From a virus, in the IMG/VR virus record IMGVR_UViG_3300006916_000041, positions 96,001 to 160,000 of that record: DNA of 64,000 nucleotides; one strand, given 5' to 3'. Below are positions 9,839 through 19,151 of this stretch, one piece after another (the first letter of the stretch is position 1; the number at the start of each line of letters is the position of its first letter). The position numbers were made by a program, and so were the translations under genes. The notes under the pieces were generated by a model. That model made no database searches and was not told the origin of the DNA. It saw nothing but the letters and a program-made list of their open reading frames with translations.

Positions 9839-10054
9839 ATGAGCGAATTTACAAGATCATATCAAGCAATCAAAGGTACATTGTTCCGTACCGCAGTGTA
9901 TACAATAGGACACTTTCTTATTGCTGCAATGTGTGTAATGTATTTTACAGGCGCACCTTTTTACATTGCTATTACTGATGCTATAGTAGAACCATTGCTT
10001 AATGCAGTATGGTTTTTTGTATTGGACAGAGTATGGATATCAAAAAATACATAA
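9839..10054 (+). CDS. Small membrane protein (DUF2061-like)
   Basis: Two hydrophobic segments; EP..N.VWFF.LDRVW. Confidence 0.65.
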   Translation: MSEFTRSYQAIKGTLFRTAVYTIGHFLIAAMCVMYFTGAPFYIAITDAIVEPLLNAVWFFVLDRVWISKNT

Positions 10055-10158
10055 TGGATACAAAATTATTTTGGCATATATATTTTTGGTGGAGAATACG
10101 CCAAGCACGTAAACAAAGATTAGAACGTGCTAAACAAGGAAAGTCGCCGTTACTATGA
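10054..10158 (+). CDS. Small peptide
   Basis: 34 aa MDTKLFWHIYFWWRIR..., TAATG and ATGA junctions on each side. Confidence 0.45.
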   Translation: MDTKLFWHIYFWWRIRQARKQRLERAKQGKSPLL

Positions 10159-10382
10159 ATGATGAACCTAAATTAATATTACTCACAGACATTATTGAAC
10201 AAAAAGTACGCAAAGAAAAAGAACTGGAATTCTATCAAGCTGAACTAGCCAAACTACAAGAAAAAATGTATTGGCTCAAACGTGATATCGATGTCAACAA
10301 TATAATCATTGACATGATCAAAAGTGAAAAAGTGTTGGACATCAAAGACAACATGGAAAAACGATTGATAGATGACAAGTAA
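10155..10382 (+). CDS. Hypothetical coiled-coil protein
   Basis: 75 aa ORF. Confidence 0.65.
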   Translation: MNDEPKLILLTDIIEQKVRKEKELEFYQAELAKLQEKMYWLKRDIDVNNIIIDMIKSEKVLDIKDNMEKRLIDDK

Positions 10383-10389
10383 AAAAAAC

Positions 10390-10418
10390 TTGACACTCGC
10401 TGGGTTATATCGTATTAT
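10390..10418 (+). promoter_or_regulatory. sigma70-type early promoter for rnh
   Basis: TTGACA-17-TATTAT. Confidence 0.75.
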
Positions 10419-10448
10419 ATGATAGTAACAACCTAGCGAGTTTTTTTT
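10396..10448 (+). terminator. Possible terminator hairpin overlapping the rnh promoter
   Basis: CTCGCTGGGTT...AACCTAGCGAG stem (one G-U pair) followed by T8. Confidence 0.5.
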
Positions 10449-11429
10449 ATGACATATATTCTTGTAGATACAGCAAACATGTTTTTTCGTGCTAGACACG
10501 TAGTACGAGGCGATAGTATTGAAACTAAAATTGGCATGGCATATCATATTATGTTTGCTAGTATTCTCAAAGCATACAGAGACTTTAAAGGCAGTCATGT
10601 TGTATTCTGTTTAGAAGGACGCAGTTGGCGCAAAGATTTTTATGAGCCTTATAAAAAGAATAGACAAGCTGCACGTGATGCACTAACACCTAAGGAACAA
10701 GAAGAAGATCGTGCATATTGGGAAGCGTTTGATGAACTAAAAGAGTTTATGGACAAGAAGACCAACTGTACTGTACTGCAAGATCCACAATGTGAAGCAG
10801 ATGACTTTATTGCACGTTGGATACAAAATCACCCCGATGATGAACATGTAATTGTCAGCAGTGACAGTGACTTTTATCAACTGTTAACTGATAAAGTGTC
10901 GCAATACAACGGCATTACCAATCAGCACATTCGCTTGGATGGTGTTTACAACGATAAAGGCAAACCTGTCATGGATAATAAGACAGGAGAACAAAAACAA
11001 ATTGGCGATCCTAATTGGTTGCTGTTTGAAAAGTGTATCAGGGGTGACACTAGCGACAACGTGTTTAGTGCTTATCCTGGCGCACGTAAAAAGGGAACTA
11101 AGAATAAAATTGGCATGCTTGAAGCCTTTGAAGACAAAGATTCAAAAGGCTTTAACTGGAACAATTTTATGCTACAAAGATGGACTGATCACAACGGCGA
11201 AGAACATAGAGTGCTTGACGACTATCAGCGCAATCGCACACTTATTGATCTCACACAACAACCCGATGAGATTAAAACTGTGTTAGATGAAGCTATTACT
11301 AAACAGGTACAGAAGATTCCTGCTAGTATGGTAGGTGTACACTTTATGCGTTTTTGTGGTAAATGGGACTTGCAACGTATTAGCCAAAGTGCAGAAGCAC
11401 ACAGTGATTACTTGAACAGTGCTTACTAA
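10449..11429 (+). CDS. rnh: T4-like RNase H / 5'-3' flap exonuclease
   Basis: ILVD, SWRKDFYEPYK.NR, EADD, SSDSDF.QL, GDTSDNV. Confidence 0.9.
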   Translation: MTYILVDTANMFFRARHVVRGDSIETKIGMAYHIMFASILKAYRDFKGSHVVFCLEGRSWRKDFYEPYKKNRQAARDALTPKEQEEDRAYWEAFDELKEFMDKKTNCTVLQDPQCEADDFIARWIQNHPDDEHVIVSSDSDFYQLLTDKVSQYNGITNQHIRLDGVYNDKGKPVMDNKTGEQKQIGDPNWLLFEKCIRGDTSDNVFSAYPGARKKGTKNKIGMLEAFEDKDSKGFNWNNFMLQRWTDHNGEEHRVLDDYQRNRTLIDLTQQPDEIKTVLDEAITKQVQKIPASMVGVHFMRFCGKWDLQRISQSAEAHSDYLNSAY

Positions 11430-11430
11430 A

Positions 11431-11943
11431 ATGGGTAAATACTTACAAGCAAAAGAAGTTGTAGAAAACAGTTTCTGGATAGTCGAACGCAAAGGTGCTA
11501 AAGTTGGCACACTCCGTCGCAAAGCAGATGGCTATGTTTTTTATGAGAACACTGCTGGCACAGAAACTGTGTTGGATAGCCTAGACGGATTTAAAATAGA
11601 GAAACAAAAACAGAAAAGCTCTGTTAATGTTTCTATCTTTGGGTTTCCAACGAACATTGATACTGTGTACAACGAACAGCTACAAGATAATGTGGCGGTA
11701 TACACTAAAACCGCCAATAGTCAACAATATTTTGTGGCTGGTTATTGGGGAATACTTTTTCCTATGGGCTGGCGACCGAGCTTTTGTCCTAGGTTAAAGA
11801 CACTAAAAGAGTATACACATTTGGGACCGTTTACAAACGAAGCTGATATGTATCTTGCCATAAAACGAAAGGGGCAAGAAGATGAAAAAAATATTAAGTT
11901 TGTTACTGTTCGTTCCGATGATAGCATGGGCACAGGACAATAA
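11431..11943 (+). CDS. Hypothetical phage protein
   Basis: 170 aa ORF directly after rnh. Confidence 0.7.
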   Translation: MGKYLQAKEVVENSFWIVERKGAKVGTLRRKADGYVFYENTAGTETVLDSLDGFKIEKQKQKSSVNVSIFGFPTNIDTVYNEQLQDNVAVYTKTANSQQYFVAGYWGILFPMGWRPSFCPRLKTLKEYTHLGPFTNEADMYLAIKRKGQEDEKNIKFVTVRSDDSMGTGQ

Positions 11944-12250
11944 TCAACAACAAATGCCGGGATCGCTAGGGCTGACTACTGTAGCACCATGTGATCCAGT
12001 TCCAAAAATGTTTGGAGTTATTGAAAAATACAGAGAAGGATTGCTGTTCAGCGGAACAGGCATGACATTCTTGCCAAACCGTCGACCTGTAACAGGTGGA
12101 TTGTTTATTTTTGTTAATCAAGACAAAGGCACATTCAGTGTTGTGCAAGTTTTCAACGATGGCGTAGCTTGTATGCTAGCCAATGGTAGAGACTTTGAAC
12201 CATATGGCGGTGTGCAACCTTGGGAAAAGAAACAAGGAGAAGACGGATGA
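11882..12250 (+). CDS. Hypothetical secreted protein
   Basis: Signal peptide MKKILSLLLFVPMIAWA; two Cys. Confidence 0.7.
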   Translation: MKKILSLLLFVPMIAWAQDNNQQQMPGSLGLTTVAPCDPVPKMFGVIEKYREGLLFSGTGMTFLPNRRPVTGGLFIFVNQDKGTFSVVQVFNDGVACMLANGRDFEPYGGVQPWEKKQGEDG

Positions 12251-12546
12251 ATTGGGCAATAGTTTTTTATGCACTAATAGCACCATTGGACGGTGGTGAG
12301 GCTAGCGAACACATTAGTTGGGGACTTACTTTTGGTCATCACGAACAGTGTATTACATTTTTTGAAAGAAACAAAAGTAACTTGCTTGAAGGTTTAGCAA
12401 CATACGCCAGTCAACAATTTGATCAACCAATAAAGTTACAAGAAATTGGATGCGCTCATGCTAGAGCAGATTTCAGTGTTCCAGCTGAGGACAGAACTCC
12501 TGAACTAACACTAAAAATGCCAGTCTGGAACGGAACAGAAACATGA
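12247..12546 (+). CDS. Small hypothetical protein, hydrophobic N-terminus with Cys pair
   Basis: GGAGA RBS; MNWAIVFYAL...F..HEQC...IGC. Confidence 0.65.
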   Translation: MNWAIVFYALIAPLDGGEASEHISWGLTFGHHEQCITFFERNKSNLLEGLATYASQQFDQPIKLQEIGCAHARADFSVPAEDRTPELTLKMPVWNGTET

Positions 12547-12785
12547 ATTGGTTAATAGTGGTAGTGTTTGCTACAATGACAGGTGATGTATACATATTCA
12601 CTGATCCTAAATTTGATACACGTGAAGAATGTGTGGCATCTATTAAAGATCCAAACATGGTACCTGTGTACTCAAAAAAACTAGTAGAAGAGTATGGGCG
12701 TTTGTTGCCAATTATAGGATTAAATTGTTTGCAAGAAGATGAAATCAAAAAAATAATAAAAGGTGTGAAAGAATCCAAAGCATGA
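12543..12785 (+). CDS. Small hypothetical protein, hydrophobic N-terminus with Cys pair
   Basis: MNWLIVVVF...FDTREEC...LNC. Confidence 0.65.
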   Translation: MNWLIVVVFATMTGDVYIFTDPKFDTREECVASIKDPNMVPVYSKKLVEEYGRLLPIIGLNCLQEDEIKKIIKGVKESKA

Positions 12786-12985
12786 AGTGGATGTTAATTT
12801 ATATCTTAATTAGCAATGGTGAACCAATGGCAATAAATGCATATGGTCCTCGACACACATTCGATGACATGTATGATTGTTTTCATGCTAGAGAAAGTCT
12901 AAGCGAAAAGATAGGAACCGGGCAAGGGTATTTTGGAAATAACCAACAAGCTGTTTGTGTTCCAGTAGAATCTACCAACACTTAA
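12782..12985 (+). CDS. Small hypothetical protein, hydrophobic N-terminus with Cys pair
   Basis: MKWMLIYIL...FDDMYDC...AVC. Confidence 0.65.
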   Translation: MKWMLIYILISNGEPMAINAYGPRHTFDDMYDCFHARESLSEKIGTGQGYFGNNQQAVCVPVESTNT

Positions 12986-13008
12986 ACTCATAATTCTATA
13001 CCGTTTTA

Positions 13009-13016
13009 ACTAAATA
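13009..13016 (+). promoter_or_regulatory. T4-like late promoter
   Basis: ACTAAATA in the intergenic gap upstream of 13039. Confidence 0.5.
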
Positions 13017-13038
13017 CATTAAAGCAGTAGAGAATGAA

Positions 13039-13350
13039 ATGGCAAGACCAAAACCAAAAATACTAATGGAGTTTACAGATCCAAAAAGTTATCGCAGTGA
13101 ACAAATACTAGCAGCAGATGCAATCTATGCAGTGTTTCATGATAACAAGCCGATTAACCTAAGAAGCTTAAATAGTCTTGTAAACTTTCCAGGACCAAAA
13201 TATAAAAAGGTAAGTTTTAGCAACAGCGGGCATGCGTTTAATCTAGCAACTAGATTAAATAAATTGTTCAAAACAGACAAATTTACAGTGGTAAAACTGT
13301 TACAAGGCGAAACAATAGTTGAAGACGATGGTGAACAAGGAATGGTATAA
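13039..13350 (+). CDS. Hypothetical basic phage protein
   Basis: MARPKP..., PGPKYKKVSFSNSGHA. Confidence 0.75.
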   Translation: MARPKPKILMEFTDPKSYRSEQILAADAIYAVFHDNKPINLRSLNSLVNFPGPKYKKVSFSNSGHAFNLATRLNKLFKTDKFTVVKLLQGETIVEDDGEQGMV

Positions 13351-13675
13351 TCAAATATTGGCTCATGCACAACGTACCAAACCTGAAACCAAAATACAAG
13401 ACCTTTTTAAAAATTACAGAAATAATCACGGGCTCAGCTTGACCAAGCTGGGCCTTCATGTAATATCCAGCATGGATATAGAACGTGAAGATTTTAATTT
13501 ACCCAACATAAAAATCACTCCTAGAGTAAGACTACTGCTGGACAGATACATGCAGTATCCCTATTACTTTGAAAAAAAGTGGTTGGTGTTGTTTAGCACA
13601 GAAGATCGCATATTCTACAAGATGTACGGCAAAGACTGGGATAGTTTTGTAGAACACATGGAAGAAAATCTTTAA
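13328..13675 (+). CDS. Hypothetical protein
   Basis: ORF overlapping the previous gene. Confidence 0.65.
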   Translation: MVNKEWYNQILAHAQRTKPETKIQDLFKNYRNNHGLSLTKLGLHVISSMDIEREDFNLPNIKITPRVRLLLDRYMQYPYYFEKKWLVLFSTEDRIFYKMYGKDWDSFVEHMEENL

Positions 13676-13702
13676 AAAAGACAAAAAACTTGCAAAAAAA
13701 GG

Positions 13703-13731
13703 TTGACAAGTAAGACATCTTGCTGTATATT
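13703..13731 (+). promoter_or_regulatory. sigma70-type early promoter
   Basis: AAAAGG-TTGACA-17-TATATT; GGAGA RBS downstream. Confidence 0.75.
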
Positions 13732-13764
13732 ATAAGTGTAAGTTAAGAAAAAACGGAGAAACAC

Positions 13765-14163
13765 ATGTTTGACCAAACAGTAAAATTTGAAGATGTTGAC
13801 ACTGATACACTGTGCATTGAACACTTTGATGATATGCAACAAGAACTAGGCATGTCAACTGTTTGGAGCATGTGGGATGGCGGCACTATGTCCGCAGACC
13901 ATGCTATCTTTACTCCCAAGCATCACCGAGTTGTTTATGAATTTGTGCGTGATGACGCTACTTCAGAAGAGATTTACGCAGACCTAGAAGATGGCGGTAA
14001 ACGCTCAATGGCGCAAGTTAGTTCTTTTGCAGTAGACGGAACAGTTAAAAGTTTATGGGCGGCTGCTGAAAGCTGCATCAAACAAAGCGGAACACATCAT
14101 CAGTTCATTGAAGATTTTGAAGTCAATGAAGATGGAACACTAGAATTGATCACCGGCTCTTAA
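13765..14163 (+). CDS. Hypothetical early protein
   Basis: Own promoter and RBS. Confidence 0.75.
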   Translation: MFDQTVKFEDVDTDTLCIEHFDDMQQELGMSTVWSMWDGGTMSADHAIFTPKHHRVVYEFVRDDATSEEIYADLEDGGKRSMAQVSSFAVDGTVKSLWAAAESCIKQSGTHHQFIEDFEVNEDGTLELITGS

Positions 14164-14167
14164 AAGG

Positions 14168-14195
14168 TTGACACAGACTTTTAAGATGCTACAAT
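14168..14195 (+). promoter_or_regulatory. sigma70-type early promoter
   Basis: AAAAGG-TTGACA-16-TACAAT with TG extension; AGGAG RBS. Confidence 0.75.
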
Positions 14196-14232
14196 ATTAG
14201 TATAGTTAGAAACAAACCCAGGAGTATTAACT

Positions 14233-15330
14233 ATGTCTATGGAAACACAAACCCGTACAGTTACACTAAAAGAGCTTAAAAAGTATGCAATGCATAACTT
14301 TAAAAAGCAACGTCCAATGTTTGTTTGGGGTCCTCCCGGCATTGGCAAATCTGAGACTTTTGAGCAGATCAAAGTCAGCTATGAAGAAAAAGGTCTTCGT
14401 GCTAAATTGATCGATGCTCGTTTGGCACTGTGGGATCCTACAGATCTCAAAGGCTATCCTTACTTTGATCAGGAAGCAAACCGCATGCGTTTTAGTGTGC
14501 CAGATGAATTGCCCACCGAAGATGATGCCAAAGAATATGATATTATTATCCTGTTCTTAGACGAACTCAACGGTGCGGCACCTGCTACACAGGCTGCGGC
14601 ATATCAGTTGATTCTCAACCGTGCAATTGGCAAGTACAAGCTACCAGACAATGTTGTGATTGCGGCAGCTGGTAACCGAGACACTGACAAAGGTGTTACC
14701 TATCGCATGCCCAAGCCGTTAGCAAACCGCTTCCTACACTACGAAGTGCGTGTTGATTTTGACACTTGGTTTGACTGGGCTGTTAAAAACAACATTCACC
14801 CAGACGTAGTAGGTTACTTGCAAACCTTTAAAAATCACCTTTACAACTTTGATGCTGGCAGCAACGAGCGTTCGTTTGCTACACCACGCAGTTGGACCTT
14901 TGTGTCAGAAACACTGGATGATGTTGATGACTTTACCGAAGAGGAAATCACTGACATGGTGTCAGCTGGTATCGGTGAAGGACTTGCGCTACAGTTTAAA
15001 GCACACCGCGAAGTTAGTGGTCAGTTGCCTAACCCAACAGACATTTTGGATGGTAAGGTAAAAGACCTTAAAACAGACAACATCAGTGCAAAATATTCAT
15101 TGACCACTGCACTGTGCTATGAACTTAAAACTGCTTTCGACAACGACGACAAGGGCAATGAAAAGTTTGATAACTTCCTTGAGTTTATGCAAAACAACTT
15201 CGAAAGCGAAATGGTTGTGATGGGTGCTACAGTTGCTCTTAGCAAATATGGTATCCGTCCAAAGTTCAATCAACTTAAAAACTACAAGCCATTCATTCAA
15301 CAGTATGGCAAGTTGATTGAGCAAGCATAG
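14233..15330 (+). CDS. MoxR-like AAA+ ATPase
   Basis: GPPGIGKS Walker A, LFLDE Walker B, AAGN, LANRF, TPRSW. Confidence 0.9.
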   Translation: MSMETQTRTVTLKELKKYAMHNFKKQRPMFVWGPPGIGKSETFEQIKVSYEEKGLRAKLIDARLALWDPTDLKGYPYFDQEANRMRFSVPDELPTEDDAKEYDIIILFLDELNGAAPATQAAAYQLILNRAIGKYKLPDNVVIAAAGNRDTDKGVTYRMPKPLANRFLHYEVRVDFDTWFDWAVKNNIHPDVVGYLQTFKNHLYNFDAGSNERSFATPRSWTFVSETLDDVDDFTEEEITDMVSAGIGEGLALQFKAHREVSGQLPNPTDILDGKVKDLKTDNISAKYSLTTALCYELKTAFDNDDKGNEKFDNFLEFMQNNFESEMVVMGATVALSKYGIRPKFNQLKNYKPFIQQYGKLIEQA

Positions 15331-15380
15331 GCAACTATGCTCCTGGGAGATAATAGGGCTGTAATGGCCCTATTATCATT
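15324..15380 (+). terminator. Tandem hairpins after the AAA gene
   Basis: AGCATAG-GCAA-CTATGCT, then GATAATAGGGC-N7-GCCCTATTATC. Confidence 0.65.
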
Positions 15381-15387
15381 TAAAAGG

Positions 15388-15415
15388 TTGACATCTAGGC
15401 AAGATATGTTACTAT
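15388..15415 (+). promoter_or_regulatory. sigma70-type early promoter
   Basis: AAAAGG-TTGACA-16-TACTAT with TG extension; AGGAG RBS. Confidence 0.75.
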
Positions 15416-15448
15416 ATAAGTATAGCAAAGAACACAGGAGTGATTCGC

Positions 15449-16708
15449 ATGTCAGAATTTGAAACCGCACACGATAAGCTAGTTGCCGCACGTATTAAGA
15501 TGCTGTTTAATCAGCCTTTCTTTGGTAACATTGCCTGTCGTTTGAAATTGGTAGATGCTACTGACGATGGTTGGTGTCCAACAGCCGCTACAGACGGTCG
15601 TCATTTTTACTACAATCGAGACTTTGTTGACACACTTAGCGTTGGTCAAACTGTGTTTCTTGTGGGACATGAAATCGGACACTGCATTTACGAACACTTC
15701 CTGCGTGTAAACGGCAGAGATAAACAGTACTGGAACATGGCAGGTGACTACAAAATCAACGGTATGTTAGTACGTGAAAAAATTGGTGAGATTATCGACC
15801 AAGTAAAAATTTGCTATGATGAAAAATACAATGACAACGAATGGTTCACTGAAAACGTATACGACGATTTGTACAACAATCAAGCACCTGTACAAGCTAC
15901 ACTAGATGTACACTTGGACATGGAAGGTGAAGGTGAAGGCGAAGATGACAAGCCTGGTGCAGGTGGCGACCAAGGCAAAGATGGTAACCAAAAAGGCAAA
16001 GGTAAAAAGCCTACCATTAGTAAAGATGATGCCAAAGCTATCTCAGACGAAATGAAAAATGCAATTATCCAAGCGGCACAAACTGCTGGTGCTGGCAATG
16101 TTCCTGCTGAAATTGCACGTATGATCAGGGAGCTAACTGAACCTAAAATGGATTGGCGTCAGTATGTTCGTGTTACACTTGAAAGCAATTTGAGCAGTGA
16201 CTTTACTTTTATGCGTCCTAATCGCAAAAGTCAGTTTAACAGTGTTGTTATTCCGGGCATGAAGAAAGATGAAAAAATTGACATTTGTATTGCACTGGAT
16301 GCTAGCGGATCTATCAGTCAACGAGACTGCACAGACTTCCTAAGTGAAGTACAAGGTATTATGGATCAGTTTGGCAGCTACAGAATTCGTATTTGGAGTT
16401 TTGATACTGCGGTGTATGCATACGATGAGTTCACTGACGACGACGGACGTAGCATTGAAGAGTATCAAATTGTTGGCGGAGGCGGCACAGACTTTATGTG
16501 CAACTGGCACTTTATGGAAGAACAAGGCATAGAGCCTGATCAGTTTATTATGTTTACAGATGGTTATCCTTGGGATAGTTGGGGAATGCCAGACTACTGT
16601 GATACATTGTTCTTGATCAAGTATCCTGAATTTTGTGGTAAGCCTGGGCCTGCACCTTTTGGACAAACCGTTTATTATAACGAACAAGAACAGAAACAAG
16701 CGGCATAA
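15449..16708 (+). CDS. DUF2201-like metallopeptidase with C-terminal VWA domain
   Basis: TAATDG, HEIGH (HExxH), DASGS MIDAS, GGGGTDF, FTDG. Confidence 0.88.
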   Translation: MSEFETAHDKLVAARIKMLFNQPFFGNIACRLKLVDATDDGWCPTAATDGRHFYYNRDFVDTLSVGQTVFLVGHEIGHCIYEHFLRVNGRDKQYWNMAGDYKINGMLVREKIGEIIDQVKICYDEKYNDNEWFTENVYDDLYNNQAPVQATLDVHLDMEGEGEGEDDKPGAGGDQGKDGNQKGKGKKPTISKDDAKAISDEMKNAIIQAAQTAGAGNVPAEIARMIRELTEPKMDWRQYVRVTLESNLSSDFTFMRPNRKSQFNSVVIPGMKKDEKIDICIALDASGSISQRDCTDFLSEVQGIMDQFGSYRIRIWSFDTAVYAYDEFTDDDGRSIEEYQIVGGGGTDFMCNWHFMEEQGIEPDQFIMFTDGYPWDSWGMPDYCDTLFLIKYPEFCGKPGPAPFGQTVYYNEQEQKQAA

Positions 16709-16712
16709 GTAA

Positions 16713-16994
16713 ATGCGTATAGTTGAACAAAAAAATAGTTTAAGCGAGGAGGATCTCGAATGGTTACGAGGAACTCCCACAATACAAAAAATGTTAAAAC
16801 AAAGACTAATAGTTGAGTTTGACACACCACCAGACATTGAAACAATAGATTTTAGTGGCACTAGAGGTTTTTATCTTATTAAAAACTTAGGTCACAAAAT
16901 CTATCAATTTTGGTTTGAAGAGTCAAGAGACTATGAGGATTTTAGAGCCAATATATTGGCTTACAAGTTAAGTAGTACCAAAATCAAAGAATGA
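16713..16994 (+). CDS. Hypothetical protein
   Basis: 93 aa ORF. Confidence 0.65.
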   Translation: MRIVEQKNSLSEEDLEWLRGTPTIQKMLKQRLIVEFDTPPDIETIDFSGTRGFYLIKNLGHKIYQFWFEESRDYEDFRANILAYKLSSTKIKE

Positions 16995-17000
16995 TAAATA
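16993..17000 (+). promoter_or_regulatory. T4-like late promoter
   Basis: GATAAATA upstream of the AGGAG RBS of 17036. Confidence 0.5.
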
Positions 17001-17035
17001 ACTGCGTATATAATTCGTTACAATAGGAGTTTATA

Positions 17036-17296
17036 ATGAGCGAAGAAAATAATATTGAAGCAACTGCAACAGAAGCACCAGAAGCAAATGAACCCGTAGC
17101 ACTAGGCGTAGCTGACCTACAAAATGCGGCACAAATTATCGATGCGGCTGTAACTAGAGGTGCTTTCAAAGCTAGTGAAGCTGCCGGCGTTGGCGCTGTC
17201 TACAATAAAATTGTAGCTTTTGTACAACAAGTAGCTGAACAACAAGCCGCACAACAAGCCGCGGCAAACGAAACTGAAGCTGCCGCTTCAGAGTAA
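17036..17296 (+). CDS. Small Ala-rich phage protein
   Basis: Strong RBS; IIDAAVTRGAF. Confidence 0.75.
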   Translation: MSEENNIEATATEAPEANEPVALGVADLQNAAQIIDAAVTRGAFKASEAAGVGAVYNKIVAFVQQVAEQQAAQQAAANETEAAASE

Positions 17297-17307
17297 GGAG
17301 AAATCCA

Positions 17308-17949
17308 ATGGCAAATCTAAAACATATAGGACAAGTAGCTAATACTGGTCTAAAATGTATTGTGGTCTTTAGAGAGATCTATGACGAAAATGGTAATGTA
17401 ACAGATCCTAATCATTGTTTGATTGTGGAAACAGAACGTTTACCTGACATGGAGCATGACGATATAGTACGTGTTGTTGAAAGTGATTCTGGACAAAGTG
17501 CAAAACAATTTTATGAGATTGCACACCGTAGCATGTTTAGTGATGGCATCAACATGCTCACTAAACTACACACCAGGGGTTATTTAAAAAAGTACCCAAC
17601 AGATCAAATTTTAATGACTCCCAATAGCAGTACCGCAGTTAAACTAAGCGAAGTTAACGAAGTTATTCGTAAACAATCAACTGGCATGAGCGAGCAAGAC
17701 ATTCAAAACAGCATGGTCGATGACACTGACAGCGCACCTAGAAGTGCAACTACCAGTCGTCAAGCGCCTCCTCCGCCACAAACAGATTCAGGAGTAATGG
17801 ACGATACAACTATTGCACAAAATATGTTGGCACAAGCAGAAACATATGAAGCAGAAGTTAAACGCCTTCGAGAAGAAGCATATAGCATGGCGCCTGACTT
17901 GAAACCCAAGCGGGGCCGTAAAAAGGCTACTGCTGATGCCAATACATAA
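17308..17949 (+). CDS. Hypothetical phage protein
   Basis: AAGGAG RBS; basic C-terminus. Confidence 0.75.
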   Translation: MANLKHIGQVANTGLKCIVVFREIYDENGNVTDPNHCLIVETERLPDMEHDDIVRVVESDSGQSAKQFYEIAHRSMFSDGINMLTKLHTRGYLKKYPTDQILMTPNSSTAVKLSEVNEVIRKQSTGMSEQDIQNSMVDDTDSAPRSATTSRQAPPPPQTDSGVMDDTTIAQNMLAQAETYEAEVKRLREEAYSMAPDLKPKRGRKKATADANT

Positions 17950-18247
17950 GCGTGACAGAAACTTTCAAAAAATTGTAAGTGAATTAGAAATCAAAAGCGT
18001 ACCAACTGAGTTTGTTCAACAGCTCACGTTGGTATGTGAAAACGGAGATCGAATCACGTTTGAAGATGAGACTATACAAACTTTCCAAGACGAAAAAGAT
18101 TTTGTATCAGCTATGATTAAACTAGTAGAAGACAATGACGACTTACAAAGCAATATTGTAGATGTAGAAATTATTATCAATTACAAAAAACTAGAAGAAA
18201 ACATTGGTAATTTAACCAAACAGTTATTGGATGCAAAATCAAAATGA
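17936..18247 (+). CDS. Hypothetical protein
   Basis: 103 aa coupled ORF. Confidence 0.65.
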   Translation: MPIHKRDRNFQKIVSELEIKSVPTEFVQQLTLVCENGDRITFEDETIQTFQDEKDFVSAMIKLVEDNDDLQSNIVDVEIIINYKKLEENIGNLTKQLLDAKSK

Positions 18248-18723
18248 TCAGAGCTATACTAGCGTGTGACGAAGATTGGGGAATAGGCAAGGATAACAAT
18301 CTTCCTTGGCCACATAATCCAGCAGATCTTCGCTGGTTTAAAGAAAACACCACAGGTGGTGTTATTGCTATGGGCAAGTCTACATGGGATAGTTTACCTA
18401 TCAAACCATTGCCCAATCGTAATAACATAGTTGTAACCAGCAGTACTGATGATTATAACGGCGGCGGCTATCATTATGTAAAATTTGATACTGCTAAAAC
18501 AGAACTTGTTAACATGAACAAACTTCAAGACGTTTGGATTATCGGCGGCGCACAACTTGTTAACGGACTGTTATCTATCATTGATGAGATATGGTTAAGT
18601 CGTATTCCAGGGACATACGACTGTGACGTATTCCTCCCACGTAGCATTATTGAAACAACTTATAGCTTGTACAGTAGTGAACGTGAAGGAGACTTATGGA
18701 TCGACAAGTGGAGACAAATATGA
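18244..18723 (+). CDS. frd: Dihydrofolate reductase
   Basis: IGKDNNLPW, DLRWFK, MGKSTWDS, PLPNR, WIIGG, CDVF. Confidence 0.95.
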   Translation: MIRAILACDEDWGIGKDNNLPWPHNPADLRWFKENTTGGVIAMGKSTWDSLPIKPLPNRNNIVVTSSTDDYNGGGYHYVKFDTAKTELVNMNKLQDVWIIGGAQLVNGLLSIIDEIWLSRIPGTYDCDVFLPRSIIETTYSLYSSEREGDLWIDKWRQI

Positions 18724-19151
18724 AAATATTAATATTTGGACTACCAGGCAGTGGTAAAACTACACTAGCAAAACCTTTTTCAGAACTTATAGGCGGTGTA
18801 CACTTAAATGCTGATGCTGTAAGAAAACAATATGATGATTGGGACTTTACACCAACAGGACGCATACGACAAGCCCAACGTATGCGTCATTTAGCAGATG
18901 GAGTAGTAATGGCTGGAAAAATAGCAGTAGCAGATTTTGTTGCACCTACTGACGCTGCACGAGCGGAATTTGACCCCGATTTTACTGTTTGGATGGACAC
19001 AATCAATGAAGGTCGTTTTGAAGATACAAATAAAATGTTCGAACGTCCTTATAATGCATATATTGATTATCATGTAAGCAAATGGTTTGATGATACTCAT
19101 GCACAATTACTACCTGTTGTGCAAACTTGGATGGAGCGTAATAATGTTTGA
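18720..19151 (+). CDS. Adenylyl-sulfate (APS) kinase-like P-loop kinase
   Basis: GLPGSGKTTLA, LNADAVR, DFT..GR..Q..R, FERP. Confidence 0.75.
   Translation: MKILIFGLPGSGKTTLAKPFSELIGGVHLNADAVRKQYDDWDFTPTGRIRQAQRMRHLADGVVMAGKIAVADFVAPTDAARAEFDPDFTVWMDTINEGRFEDTNKMFERPYNAYIDYHVSKWFDDTHAQLLPVVQTWMERNNV

Noticed and set aside
15901-16020. G/E/D/K-rich low-complexity stretch and the QQAA repeat at 17240-17263
   Set aside because: Ordinary coding linkers, not independent repeat elements.
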